In this document: positions 11,064 to 22,607 of the stretch, in pieces
How the letters are laid out: every line of letters starts with the position of its first letter
How positions within the stretch are numbered: position 1 is the stretch's first letter
Source of the DNA: an uncultured Planctomycetota bacterium
Lineage (GTDB): Bacteria > Planctomycetota > Planctomycetia > Gemmatales > Gemmataceae
Direction: 5' to 3'
NCBI GenBank assembly: GCA_963849325.1
Contig: CAWKHF010000012.1
Location: 800,001-864,000, forward strand
Length of the DNA stretch: 64,000 nt
The notes under the pieces: model-generated
What the model was told of the DNA's origin: nothing
Database searches by the model: none
The model's input: only the letters and a program-made list of their open reading frames with translations
Position numbers and translations under genes: made by a program

Positions 11064-12026
11064 ATGAACTTCGCCTCCGAGACAGCGGCCGGGTGGGAAC
11101 ACCGGGACGCGACGGTCAACGGTGTGCACCTGCACTATGTCGAGGCCGGGTCGGGACCGCTGGTCGTCCTGCTGCACGGCTTTCCGGAGTTCTGGTACTC
11201 GTGGCGGCACCAACTCCCCGCTCTGGCTGCGGCCGGCTTCCGCGTACTGGCTCCGGACCTGCGCGGCTACAATCTCTCCGACAAGCCACCTGGCGTTCCC
11301 GCCTACCGGATGGACGTTTTGTTGGAAGACGTGGCCGGTCTGATCCATCACGCGGGAGAGTCTCGGGCCGCTGTCGTCGGGCACGACTGGGGCGGCGTCC
11401 TCGCCTGGCACCTGCCTCCGCGCTACCCGGAGATGGTGGATCGGCTCATCATTCTCAATGCACCCCACCCGGCGGCGTACCGGCGCGAGATGCGGTCCTG
11501 GCGACAACTGCTGAAGTCGTGGTACGTGTTTCTGTTTCAGGTGCCCGGCTTGCCGGAGCAGATGTTCTGCGCCGGCGACTATGATCTCGTCGGCCGAATG
11601 TTGCGTCGCCAACCCGTACACCGCGAGGCGTTCACGCCGGAGGACATCCGCTGCTACAAGCAAGCACTCGCTCGTCCCGGCGCCTTGACTGCGGCCCTCA
11701 ATTACTATCGCGCCCTGCGCTACCCAATGGCCCATGCGGGAGGCGAGCCTTCGCTTATCTCCGTGCCCACGCTCCTGCTCTGGGGCGAGCAGGATCCGTA
11801 CCTCAGTCCTCGACTGACGGAGGGTCTACAGTCGTGGGTATCCGATCTCCGCGTTGTGCGTTTCCCCGACGCCAGCCACTGGGTCCAGAATGACGCGCCC
11901 GAGCGCGTGAACCGTCTGATGATCGATTTCCTCCGCGACCTGCCGATACCGCGTCTGGAGCAGACCGCTCCCGCTGCCTGCACCTCGGAACCGCAAGCCG
12001 CACGGGCGCACCTTGTCAACGCCTAG
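11064..12026 (+). CDS. epoxide hydrolase-like alpha/beta hydrolase
   Basis: LLHGFPE, APDLRGY, GHDWGG, LWGEQD, ASHWV. Confidence 0.9.
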   Translation: MNFASETAAGWEHRDATVNGVHLHYVEAGSGPLVVLLHGFPEFWYSWRHQLPALAAAGFRVLAPDLRGYNLSDKPPGVPAYRMDVLLEDVAGLIHHAGESRAAVVGHDWGGVLAWHLPPRYPEMVDRLIILNAPHPAAYRREMRSWRQLLKSWYVFLFQVPGLPEQMFCAGDYDLVGRMLRRQPVHREAFTPEDIRCYKQALARPGALTAALNYYRALRYPMAHAGGEPSLISVPTLLLWGEQDPYLSPRLTEGLQSWVSDLRVVRFPDASHWVQNDAPERVNRLMIDFLRDLPIPRLEQTAPAACTSEPQAARAHLVNA

Positions 12027-12048
12027 TGCAAGATCCAGCGACCCTCTT

Positions 12049-12103
12049 TCCGAGCCTGAAGCGTAAGCGAAGGGCATGTCTTCGCTTACGCTTCAGGCTC
12101 GGA
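12049..12103. repeat. REP-like palindrome, main family
   Basis: tccgagcctgaagcgtaagcgaag...cttcgcttacgcttcaggctcgga; near-identical copies at 24419 and 30595. Confidence 0.9.
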
Positions 12104-12125
12104 CAAGATCTCGCTTGTCCTATCG

Positions 12126-12540
12126 CTAGGTGATTTGCCCCGCCTTGCAGGCGGCGGCCTCGCGGATCAGTTCGCGCAGGCTGGCATCCTCGATGCGCGA
12201 TAGGGTTTGGGAGACGTTCGAGCCAGCAGCGCTGGCGGAAACCACTTTCCGGCCAGTCCTCGGCCATGTCGGTCACGTTCATGAGGAAGACAGTGACGTG
12301 GCAGGTGAAGCCGGCCTTCTCGTAGAAGTAGCTGCCCAGCGGGTCCGGCTGGAGAACGCCGACGAGGCCGGCCTCTTCCCAGGCTTCTTGCAGGGCGATC
12401 TCGGCCAACGTCTTGCCCGGCTCCATGCAGCCCTTGGGCACCACCCAGCGCTTGCCGCTGCGCGACGACACCACGCAAATCTGACCGCCGTTGAGCGGGA
12501 TAACGCCGGCTTGCCGGATGACGTTGGAAGCGGTTGGCAT
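12126..12540 (-). CDS. NUDIX hydrolase (frameshift near 12215)
   Basis: WVVPKG..EPGKTLAEIALQEAWEEAG Nudix box. Confidence 0.85.
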
Positions 12541-12737
12541 GAGAGACCCCACGAGACCAGTAGATCCATCCTAGCGTAGCATGTCGCAAACAGGCGGAGT
12601 CCGTCAAGCACGGTTTGGCCTTTTTCGCACGATCTCCACACGTCCCGAGCCGTTCGTTCCGAATTCCTCCGCTGGTGGCAATCCCAGGGCCATGTTATAA
12701 CGAGGGAGGGGAGGGGCTGTGGGGAGAATGAGCCATC

Positions 12738-14006
12738 ATGGCGACCGGCAGCGAATCGGCCGAGACCATTCTGATCGTCGATGATGAAGAGCCGGTTCGC
12801 CGGACCTTCCGCGAATGGCTGGAAGGGGCCAACCTCGGCTGCCGCATCCTGGCCGCGGCCGACGCCGAAGCGGCCCTGGTCCAGGCCAATCAGCACAGCA
12901 TCGATCTCGCCATCCTCGACTGGAACCTGGGGGCCGGCAACGACGGCCTGCGCCTGCTCGAAGACCTGACGCTGTTCAACCCCGACGTGGTCGCCATCAT
13001 GATAACCGGCTTCGCCCACCAGGCGACGCCGCTGCAGGCCATGCGCATGGGCGTGCGCGACTACCTGGACAAGAACCAGGATCTCGACCGCACCACGTTC
13101 GTCAAGGCCGTGCGCCGCCAACTCGACCGCATCCGTCCGGCCCGGCGCGCGCGGCGTCTGCACCAGGGACTGGTCGCCTTCCGTTCCGCCGTCGAGAAGG
13201 TGTTGCCGCTGGTCCAGGCGGCGGCGGCGCTGCACGACCCGGTGCCGCTGCCGGCGGCGGTCGGCAATCTGTTCCGCTTTCTGCTGCGGACGACCGGCGC
13301 CCGCGACGGCGTATTGCTCGTGCGCAGCTACGATGCGGATCGTCAGCCCGCCGAAGTCTGCCGCGTCTATGACACGGACGGTCGGTTGCTCGACGTGCCG
13401 CTGGCGCCTTTCGCGCTCGCTGGCCGGCAGTGCCGCCAGTATGCAGAAGCCCTGCCTCATGGAACGGCCGGACCAGGTGGCGACGACGGGCAACCTGGAG
13501 CTGCAACCCTTCGAGCGCGGCCGGCATTCGGTGCTGGCCGCTCCGCTGAGCGTGGCTCCCGGCTTGCAGGCCGTGCTGGAGTTGTTCGACAAACCGTCGG
13601 GTCCGGGCCGTGAGGACGGCTTCACAGAGTCCGACCGCCAGCTGGCCGCGGCCGCCGCCGACTTCGGCACGGAGATGCTGCGCCAGGCGCTGGCCGAGCG
13701 GCAAATGCACCGCGTTCTGTTCGACGCCGTCGAGGCCGCCCTCGGCGCCAGCGATTCGATGGCCGAATCGTTGCACGGCTCGTCGCCGCGCCGGAAGATC
13801 CGCCGCCGGCCGCCGTCCTGGCGCAGCTGCGCGAGGGGTTGGACGCGACCGCCGATCCCGTCGATGCCGACGCGACGCTGCGCCTGGCCGAGGCCATCCG
13901 CGTCCTGGCTGTCCGCCACGGTCCTTCTGCCGTCGCTCACTGCGTTCAGCTGGTGGAGAGCCTGCGCCGGCTGCTCGACGACCTGACCGGGGAGACGCGG
14001 CCGTGA
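12738..14006 (+). CDS. response regulator with receiver, GAF-like and C-terminal helical domains (frameshifts near 13415 and 13790)
   Basis: ILIVDDE, LAILDWNL, ITG, DYLDK receiver motifs; SVLAAPL..AVLELFDK..FTESDRQL GAF motif; TGA overlaps the next GTG. Confidence 0.75.
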
Positions 14007-14845
14007 TCGATCCGCCGGCCGACCGGGCAGCCGACGACGTCTTCGCCGACGTGTTCGCCCTGTTGACTCCCGAGCGCCTGCTGCACCACCCCCGCGCCAC
14101 CGGCGAGGGTGTTTCCGTCTGCATCCTCGACAGCGGCGTCGAGCGCGCCCTGCTGGAAGAGAAGTTTCGCCGGCAAGGACAAACTCTCCAGCCCATCGAA
14201 GGCGGCGTCTTCACCATCGACCGCCCCGAACCCTTGCCCTACGACGGCCGCCAGAGCACGCCGCACGGCACGACGGTCGCTGACATCCTGTTGACACTGG
14301 CCCCGCGCGTCCGTCTGTATTCCGCCGACGTCTTCGGCCCGCAAGGGACGTGCGAGGTGGAAGTCGTCATCCGCGCCCTGCGCTGGGCGATGGACGTGTG
14401 GCACTGCAAGGTCATCAACCTGTCGCTGGGCGTGCCGGAGCAGCGCATGCAGCAGGTGCAGCGCCGCCAGCAATTGCTGCGCACCATCGAGGAAGCCTAC
14501 TACAAGGACGTGCTCGTTTTCGCCGCCGCCCACAACGAACATCCGCTGATGCGCAGCTTTCCCGCCGCGTTCGCGCCGCCCTTGTTGTCGGTGGACAAGG
14601 CGCTGTTCGACGATCCGCTCGACTTCGCCTATCACCTCAGCGAGCCGATCGAGTTTCAGGCGCACGGCCGCGGCTACCTCGGCCCGTTCGCCGCCGAGCC
14701 GGCGACGAGTTGGGCCGCTCCGCACCTCGCCGGCATCGCTTCCCGCATCCTGTCGCTGCGGCCGAACCTGAAACCATTTGAGATGAAAACGATCTTGTAC
14801 TGGATGTTTCAGACGAGACGTAATTCTTCCGAGCCGAAAGCGTAA
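14003..14845 (+). CDS. S8 (subtilisin-like) serine peptidase with no signal peptide or prodomain
   Basis: ILDSGV, HGTTVA, INLSLG, AAAHN, ATSWAAPHLAG catalytic motifs. Confidence 0.85.
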   Translation: MIDPPADRAADDVFADVFALLTPERLLHHPRATGEGVSVCILDSGVERALLEEKFRRQGQTLQPIEGGVFTIDRPEPLPYDGRQSTPHGTTVADILLTLAPRVRLYSADVFGPQGTCEVEVVIRALRWAMDVWHCKVINLSLGVPEQRMQQVQRRQQLLRTIEEAYYKDVLVFAAAHNEHPLMRSFPAAFAPPLLSVDKALFDDPLDFAYHLSEPIEFQAHGRGYLGPFAAEPATSWAAPHLAGIASRILSLRPNLKPFEMKTILYWMFQTRRNSSEPKA

Positions 14846-15046
14846 GCGAAGGCTGCCATGCCCGGCCACGAATGGATTAAGGTTTTGTCGTTTGTGGATG
14901 CCAGCGATGCTGGCGGAGAGAGTGCGGCGCCGTTATAGTTGGGAGGTATTTGATTAACGCCTAGGTTGCCTCGGCGCACGCCGAAGCAGGGGCTTAGGGC
15001 GTGCCGGCACTCTCGAAAAAAGAGTTCGGCGAAGGAGGGCAGGCTA

Positions 15047-15614
15047 ATGGCGGAAGTCCTCGAAGACCTACGGACGTTCGTCGCGTACCGGATGCGAGAA
15101 GGCTTCGAGTCTGTCCACGAGATCATCGAGAATGCCACCGACTATGCCCTCGAGAAGCACGAACGCGATGATTTGCAGCCGCAGATCAAGCGGATCACAG
15201 CCGAGTTGCTCGCGGCGCACCAGGCCGAACAGGCTGCGTGGGAGGGACCGACGGACTGCGACCGCTTGGACGAGGCATTCGCTGCTCTCAACCGGCAGGG
15301 CATCGTGGCGAGGCAAGACTTCACTGCTGCAACATCTGCGGATTCACCGAGATTTGGGATGAGGTCGAGGAAAGGAGATGCGCCAGCCCATCGAAGGGTA
15401 CGTCTTCTACCATCTGCAAGCAACCGAGACCGCTATCGAGTCGGGGCGGCTCCTAATGGGCTACGGGTGTGTGGAGGAGAACGCGGCAACCTTCGTCCGG
15501 GTCGCCAACAAGATCGTTGCCGAACTCCGCCGCGTCGGCCTCAACGCGTCCTGGAAAGGGACAGCCTATCATCCGATCGTGGTTGATGGCATCGTCTGGC
15601 GTCGGCGGAGATAG
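15047..15614 (+). CDS. DUF6891-like hypothetical protein (frameshifts near 15325 and 15375)
   Basis: RBS GGAGG; TDCDRLDEAFAALNRQGIVARQDF, CCNICG, GYVFYHLQ. Confidence 0.6.
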
Positions 15615-15743
15615 CAAGAATGTCGAACCAACCACTGCATCTGACCGAGGATCCCAGTGTGCAGCCGGGTGGGTGCAGACTACTGAGTCGTGGCACCACA
15701 ACCCTTGGACCAAGGAAACATTTGTCTTGCTCCGCATTGATGA

Positions 15744-15902
15744 ATACGAGCGGTATACGGCTCCGGCCGCTGGCGTAAGCGGAAGGGCATCGCCCTCGTC
15801 CGCCTCGCCGATGGGAGCGTCTGCAAGGCGGAGGTCCACTGGTATGAGGCCCACGGTATCGGGCGAAAAGAACTCAAGATCAAGCAATTTCTGGATGGAT
15901 AA
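15744..15902 (+). pseudogene. 5'-truncated conserved small protein, first gene of a TA-like pair
   Basis: YGSGRWRKRKGIALVRLADGSVCKAEVHWYEAHGIGRKELKIKQFL*; the frame is closed upstream by TGA 15741-15743 and has no start codon. Confidence 0.55.
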
Positions 15903-15904
15903 CT

Positions 15905-16138
15905 ATGGCCAAGCGACCTTCGAGCCAGCAGTTCCTGCTCTGCGTCAAGAATGACGCCTATCCCGCCTCGCTTGAGGTGCGGAAGGTCTACCGCGCCTTA
16001 CCCGACGCGGCGGCCGCGCTCAAGGGGTTCGTGCGGGTGGTCGATGAATCGGGGGAAGATTACCTGTACCCGGCAGACCACTTTGTCGCCATCGATCTTC
16101 CGCAAGCTGCTGTCGATGCCCTGCTTGCAGTCTCTTAA
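15905..16138 (+). CDS. conserved small protein, second gene of the TA-like pair
   Basis: CVKNDAYPASLEVRKVY...RVVDESGEDYLYPADHF. Confidence 0.7.
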   Translation: MAKRPSSQQFLLCVKNDAYPASLEVRKVYRALPDAAAALKGFVRVVDESGEDYLYPADHFVAIDLPQAAVDALLAVS

Positions 16139-16221
16139 GGGCCGAATCAGTCGTCGCAGCAGACCGGCTGCGCGGGAAGAAGCGACCTGCCGTAAAGCGG
16201 CGCTGGGGCTGCGGTGAGCAC

Positions 16222-16782
16222 TTACCGCCGGCGCATGCAGCGCGGACGATCGAAGATTTCGCGCAGAACGAAGGCCGTGCCGGCCGTCTGCGGTTTGCTC
16301 AGCAGAGAACGCACCTGTTGCACGATTGGCGAAGGGCGCGTGTCGCGTGTGGTCGTGGGAGTGATCGGCGGGGGTTCGGCGGAGGGCTGCACGCGCGGCG
16401 CGACGAGTACGGCCTCCGGCATCGCCGCTTCGGCGACGGGTATGGCGGCCGGGATCTGTTCGCGGCGAACGGCGGGGGCCGAGCGGGGCGGCGCCTCGCG
16501 CGGCCGAGAGGGACGTTCCCTCAGAGGGGGGCGCGAGATCGTGGCTTGGGGCGGCGGCGGCGCGGCAGGAACTTTGCGTCTCTCCTCCGTCTCGCGGCGT
16601 TGCCGCGCTTCTTCGAGAAAGCGTTCGAGGTCCGTCACCGGACGCCGTGCCGGCGTGCGTCCCGAGGAAACGCCGGGACGGCGAACGCCTTTCTTCGCGC
16701 GCTCGTCCTCGCCCTTGAAGAGCGTGCCGAGGATCCACACGCCCAGAGCGATCAACGGGATAATCAGGATTTCCCAGTGCAT
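16222..16782 (-). CDS. membrane-anchored Pro/Arg-rich protein (YqfB position in the floA operon)
   Basis: N-terminal TM; C-terminal AFVLREIFDRP. Confidence 0.7.
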   Translation of the reverse strand: MHWEILIIPLIALGVWILGTLFKGEDERAKKGVRRPGVSSGRTPARRPVTDLERFLEEARQRRETEERRKVPAAPPPPQATISRPPLRERPSRPREAPPRSAPAVRREQIPAAIPVAEAAMPEAVLVAPRVQPSAEPPPITPTTTRDTRPSPIVQQVRSLLSKPQTAGTAFVLREIFDRPRCMRRR

Positions 16783-16794
16783 GCGCCGCTCCGC

Positions 16795-17858
16795 TCAGGT
16801 GACATTGCGATCGCCTCGGTCGTTGTTGCCGCTGCCGCTGATGGCGTTGCGCATTTGCGTGTCCGCTTGCAGGTTCTTCAGGCTGTAGTAGTCCATGACG
16901 CCGAGATGGCCATCAAGGAACGCCTGCGAGAGGCGCGCGGCACCTCGGCCTCGGCGAGCACGACCTGAGCGCGATTCTCCTCGACCTTGGCTCGCATCTC
17001 CTGCTCCAGGGCCACGGCCAGGGCGCGGCGCTTCTCGGCGTTGGCTTGAGCCACGCGCAGGTCCGCCGCCGCCTGATCGGCTTGCAAGTTGGCGCCGATG
17101 TTTGCCCCCACGTCGATCTCGGCCACGTCGATGGACACGATCTCGAAGGCCGTCTGCGAATCGAGCGAGTTGCGCAGCACCGCTTGCGAGATGAGATTGG
17201 GATTGGCCAACACGTCGGTGTGGTGCTCGGCGCTGCCGATGGCCTTGACGATGCCTTCGCCGACGCGGGCGATGATGGTCTCCTCGGTGGCGCCGCCGAC
17301 GAGGCGGTCGAGCTTGGTCCGCACCGTGACGCGCGCGCGGGCCTTGAGCTGGATGCCGTTCTTGCACACGCCGTCGAGGGTGCCGCGGCCCTTGGTCGGG
17401 TCGGGGCAGTCGATCACCTTGGGATCGACGCTGCGTTTGACGGCTTCGAGGATGTCGCGGCCAGCGAGGTCGATGGCGGCGGCGACGCTCCAGCGCAGGT
17501 CCATGCCGGCCTTGTGGGCGGCGATGACGGCGCCGGCCACGCGCTGCACATTGCCGCGCGACAGGTAATGCGCCTCCATCTCCTGCGTGGACACCTTGAC
17601 GCCCGCCTGCACCAGCGCGATCTTCTGCCGCACGATCATCGCATAATCCACCTTGCACAGCTTCATGCGGATCATGTCGAGGATGCCGATACGCGCTCCG
17701 GTCAAGAGGCACTGAATCCACAGCTGCACGAAGCTGAAAAAGACGAAGAGCACGGCCAGGCCGGCGAGGGCGCCGATGATGAGGACGATCACCAGCCACT
17801 GGTTATCGGCCAGTATCCCTTGTTTCTGCTGGGCCTCGGCCAATAAAAAAGTTCCCAT
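16795..17858 (-). CDS. floA: flotillin-like protein FloA (YqfA); frameshift near 16935
   Basis: [58 protein letters not shown]. Confidence 0.9.
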
Positions 17859-17892
17859 ACGCATCTCCCGCGAAGCCGCAAGCGGCCGCGCT

Positions 17893-18426
17893 TTAGTTGA
17901 AAATGGCTGTTTCCAGATCGCCAAGGTCCGGTTTATCGATGGGCCGGACCACGACTCGGCCCGCCCGCACATCAATGCAGCGCACCAGTTGGCCCGGATC
18001 GACCATCATCCCTTCCGTGACGGTGTCGATGCGTCGGCCGTCGAAATCGACCATGCCGGCCGGCCGCAGGGCGGACAGCGTGCGGCCGATGCGTCCCTTG
18101 AGCTGCTCCAACTCCTGGTTGATCGGCAGAGCTGCGACTGTCGCATCCTCCGGCTGTTCGGTCAAGAAAAAATGTCGGCCCACCGGCGTCCGCGGCCACA
18201 GGTAGAGCAGAAACCGCACCGTGGCCGGCAGGGCGATGAAGACGGCGATCGAGGTCACCACGCCCACGGCGGCGCCGCCGCCGAAGTACGTCAGGATGAC
18301 GCCGGCGACGATGGCGGCCAGCGACAGCGCGGCCAGCACTCCGCTGGTCAGGAACAGGTCGCCAGCCAGCAGCAGGAAACCCGCGCCGATGAGAAGAAAG
18401 CCCAGGATCAACGGGTTGGAATCCAT
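17893..18426 (-). CDS. short NfeD-family membrane protein
   Basis: TM helices plus OB-fold tail ([11 protein letters not shown]...D). Confidence 0.8.
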   Translation of the reverse strand: MDSNPLILGFLLIGAGFLLLAGDLFLTSGVLAALSLAAIVAGVILTYFGGGAAVGVVTSIAVFIALPATVRFLLYLWPRTPVGRHFFLTEQPEDATVAALPINQELEQLKGRIGRTLSALRPAGMVDFDGRRIDTVTEGMMVDPGQLVRCIDVRAGRVVVRPIDKPDLGDLETAIFN

Positions 18427-18435
18427 GCGACCTTC

Positions 18436-20669
18436 TCACACTTCCTTGACGACAACACGGTTGCCTTCAATCTCGACGACCTGGACGCGCATGCCGGGCA
18501 GGACGTAGCTGCCCTCGGCGACGACATCGACGAAGTCGTCGCCGAAGCGCACCTTGCCGGCCGGCCGCAACGGCGTCGCCGCCACGCCGATGGCGCCCAA
18601 CAAGGCCGCCATCTCCGGGTGGATCGACTCGGGTAGCTCCGCGCCGTCTTCGCCGGCCTCATCGTGAGGCTTGAGGATCAGGCGGTTGACGTAGGGGAGG
18701 TGCGGCAGGTAACGCGCCAGTACGAACGCCGTCACCAGCGCCCCAGCAGGCTGATGGTGAAGGGACCCAGCGCCTGGCCATAGCCGATCCACTCCTCGTT
18801 GCTGCGCGGCCAGTGGCCGTAAGCGACCAGGCCGATGCTGCCCAGGACCAGCACAATGCCGCTGATGCCGGTGACGCCGAAGCCGGGAATGACGAAGATT
18901 TCCAGCCCGATCAGCAACAGCCCCAGCAGAAACAGCAGGAACGCCAGCCAGATGATTTGCCCGCTCACCTGCGAATGCGACCAGAAGAAGAGCAGGAAAC
19001 AGACCGCCGAGACGATGCCGGGCAGACCGGCGCCGGGCATCTTCAGCTCCAGGATCAGGCAGGTGATGCCCAGCATGACGAGCACCACGCTGGTCCACGG
19101 GTCCTTGAGGAAATCGACAAGACCATCCAGCCAGTCGGAGTCGGCGGCGCGGACGTCGGCGGGACTGATACCCTCCAGCTCGCACACCTCCTCGAAGTTG
19201 GCAACCACATCGCGGGCCACGCCCACGTCGCGGGCCTGCTCCGCCGTCAGCGTGAGGCAGCGCCCCTCTTCCTTTTCGTTCGCCGGTTTGACGATGCCGA
19301 CGCTGCGCCAGCGCTGCTCACCCTGCTGGTCGGCCTTCAGCTCCGCCTCGCTGAGGAATTGGCGCGCACTCTCCTCCTTGACGCTTTCGACGGCGACGAT
19401 GCGGAGATCGCGGTCGAGCATTCCCTCGGCGAGGAGGACCGGATAATGCTTCTTGGCCGCGATCTCGGCGAGATTGCGGCGAAGGGTCGGTCCCAGTCCC
19501 GGATGTTCCTGCAAGTAGCGGTCGAAACCGCCGAGGCGAGCGCCCTTCTGAACGACCTGTCCGCCCTGCTGGATCTCGCGCTGCATGACGATCTTGTTGC
19601 AGGCGAAGGCGAGGAAGGCGGCGGTATTGTCGGCGGCGGCGGTGACGTAGGCGACCGTCTCGACCGGCTCGCGCCGGTTGTCGTTAATCTCGGTCAGGAA
19701 CACGGCCAGCTCATGAGCGGCCTGGCTTTCGCCGTCGCCACAGGCCAGCTCCAAGATGAGCAGGTTGGCCTTCTGCCCCAGCGCCTTGCGGATGCGACGT
19801 TTCACCTTCTCCTTCAACTCGCCGGTGATCGGGCCGGAGACGACGATGCGCCAGGCGACGACGTGGTCCAGCGCTGGATACAGACTGGAGGGCGGCAGGT
19901 GGTAGCGCTGGCGAACCTCGTCGATACGGTTGCGGGCGATGGGCTGGCACAGGCCCAGGTCACGGGCCTGGATGAACGAATACAACGCCGTCTCACCGGG
20001 TCCAAGACCGGACACCGGTTCGCCTCGGGGGCGCTGCTTGTCGTGGCCATCGCGGTAGCCGCCGTCGCGCGTCTTGATGACCTCGACGTTCTTGTCGTAC
20101 ATCTTGCGAATGAGGACCGGCGGATAGCGCTTGCTGGGTAGCTTGTCGTAGGCTTCGCGGTCGAGTTCTTCCAGCGGCCGATCGCCCTCGGCGATTTTGC
20201 CGAGCTGGGCCGACGGCTCCTGCGACAGGATGATCTCGGAGCAGGCCAGCACCGGCAGCACGGCATGGCGCGTCACCTTGCCGTGAACGAAGGCGATGAC
20301 CTGGACACCTTGTTTCTTTTGCAGATCGCGCAGGTAGCGGGCCAGGGTCAGGCAGGCGCCGAAGTCGTCGCTGGCGTTGGCGCGGTTGTCGGGGTTGAAG
20401 TCGCACAGCAGGTAGAAGCCGCCGACGTTTTTCGGATTGCGGTTACGTTCGTCCTCGTAGCGGCGCAGCGGCCCATAGACGGCGCTGCGCAGCCGGCTCG
20501 TGGCCTCGGTGGTGACGACCGAGGGAATGGGCGCGACGAGTCCGGCGTTGGGGCGTTCCTCGGCCGGCAGGGAGCCGGGCAGGAGCAGGGCCAGCAGGAG
20601 GGCGGCCGCCAGGGTCAGCCATCCGGCCTCTCTCGCCTGCGCTTCCGGTTCGCGGAGTGTGGCGGTCAT
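18436..20669 (-). CDS. long NfeD-family protein with ClpP-like domains (frameshift near 18735)
   Basis: Signal peptide, ELKMPGAGLPG, EIFVIPGFGVTG, C-terminal ATPLRPAGKV OB fold. Confidence 0.8.
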
Positions 20670-20949
20670 GTCGGCACCTCACCGCGGGGAGCCTGTTGGC
20701 GGAGACGCATCGGCAGGGCCCACGGTCCCTGTGCGGAAATGGGCATCGATACCCGAGTCTACGTTGTGATTATAGATGGCGGCGCGAAAGGGTGTCAAAG
20801 GATTGCCCTCGTGGTCGTGGATGGCTCCCGATAAGTGATTCGTCGGCGGCGCCTCGATGTTTCGGGAAAAGCCTGGCGCTGGACCGGCGCCCTTCCGTGG
20901 CCCATACTTGATCCACGGTCTTCTTCTCGACCCGCCGGGAGCTATCTCC

Positions 20950-22444
20950 ATGCCCTTTACTCTGGTCTTGCTGCTTGGCAGCGCCGTCGTGGCGGCGCCG
21001 GTTGCGAACCTCGATTTCGCCGACGGTCGCCGGACCCACTGGACCGGAGAAGGGTTCTACGTCACGACGGGAACGAGCAGCGGCCCGAGCTTGCGTTGCG
21101 GTGTATGCAGCAGCGACGTGGGGACGAACGGACGCACGGCCCTGTTGCACCGGACGTTCGTGGTGCCGCCGGGAGCGGGGGCGATCACCTTCAAGGCCGC
21201 CGCGGTGCGTCCGGCCGGCGTCGCATCCGACAAGCCACTGGAGATAACGCTCGAAGCGGCAGGCGGCCGTTACATCCCGCGCCAGGTGCGCGAAGGCAAC
21301 GGCTGGCGCTCGGCGCCGCATCTGCTGCCCGGACACAACGGCCGACCGCACGAATACCTCTGGCCCGTCGAGGATCTGATTGGCCAGCCGGTGCGCATCG
21401 TCCTGCACGACGCCGACGATCGGCCCGGCTGCTACGTTTTTTGCACCGGCTTTCGCATGGTGTCGGCCGACGAGTGGAACGGCCGCGCCTTCGCCGCCCA
21501 CATGATCCGTCTGGAACGCACGCACCATCTGGCGCCGATGGCGCGGCTGGACAGCAAGCACTTCCGCGCCATCAGCAACGCGGCCGAGGAGTACACCGAG
21601 GAGCGTTTGTACAACTGCGAGACCATCTACGCCGTGTTCTTCACTCACTTCCGCAAGAAGGGCTTCAAGGTACGCGAACCCGGCTCGCGCCTGATGGCGG
21701 CCATCTTCGACTCGCAGGCCGGCTTCGAGGCGTACCTCGGCCAACCCATGCCGTCCACGACGACCGGCATCTATCACCCGCCCAGCAATCGCCTGGTGGT
21801 CTACGACTACGCGCGGAACCGTTCCTTCGTCGCCGGCAAAAAGAAGGGCGAACAGCTGGCGGGGCAACTGGGGACGCCGCTGGATCGGCAACGTTTCAGC
21901 GGCAGTTTCAGCCGCTTCGCCCAGGCTCGCCGCGCCGACGCCAACGTCGGCACCATCATGCACGAGGTCGCGCATCAACTCTCGTTCAACAGCGGCCTTC
22001 TCAACCGCGACGGCGATGTGCCGCTGTGGTTGGCGGAGGGGCTGGCCTGCTACTGCGAGGCGACGGCCAACGGTTCGTGGCAGGGCATCGGCGAGCCGAA
22101 CGCTCAGCGCGCCGGCACCCTGGCCGGGCCGGCACGCGGCAACGGTCCTTTCCTTCCGCTGCGAGATCTGCTGACCAGCGACAACTGGATGCGCAAGGCC
22201 CCCAGCGTGCAACAGGTGCTACTGGGTTACGCCCAGAGTTGGGCCTTGTTCCGCATGCTCATGGAGCAGCGGCCGCGGCACCCTGCGCAATTACCTGGCT
22301 CTCATCTACTCGCGTCGGACGCCGGAGCAGCGTTTGGCGGACTGGGGCCAGGTCTTCGGGACCGACCTGGCTACCTGGGAGAAGCAGTATCAGGATTACA
22401 TGCGACAACTCGTCCGCCACGAAGTGCGAATCCCTCCTCGTTAG
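20950..22444 (+). CDS. secreted DUF1570-domain (HExxH) protein; frameshift near 22280
   Basis: Signal peptide; TIMHEVAHQL..NSG, PLWLAEGLA, YAQSWAL. Confidence 0.75.
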
Positions 22445-22464
22445 TCCCGCAACAGGAAAATACC

Positions 22465-22516
22465 AGCCGCGAGCGCCAGCGAGCGGGATTGCCTCCGCTC
22501 GCTGGCGCTCGCGGCT
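22465..22516. repeat. REP-like palindrome
   Basis: agccgcgagcgccagcgagcgg...ccgctcgctggcgctcgcggct. Confidence 0.8.
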
Positions 22517-22607
22517 CGTTGGGGGACATAGTCCGTGCGGCATCGGAATTGCACTTTCGCCGCTTGAGCTTGGGTGGGGTGTTCGCCGACTGCTGCGGGA
22601 GAAGGCC

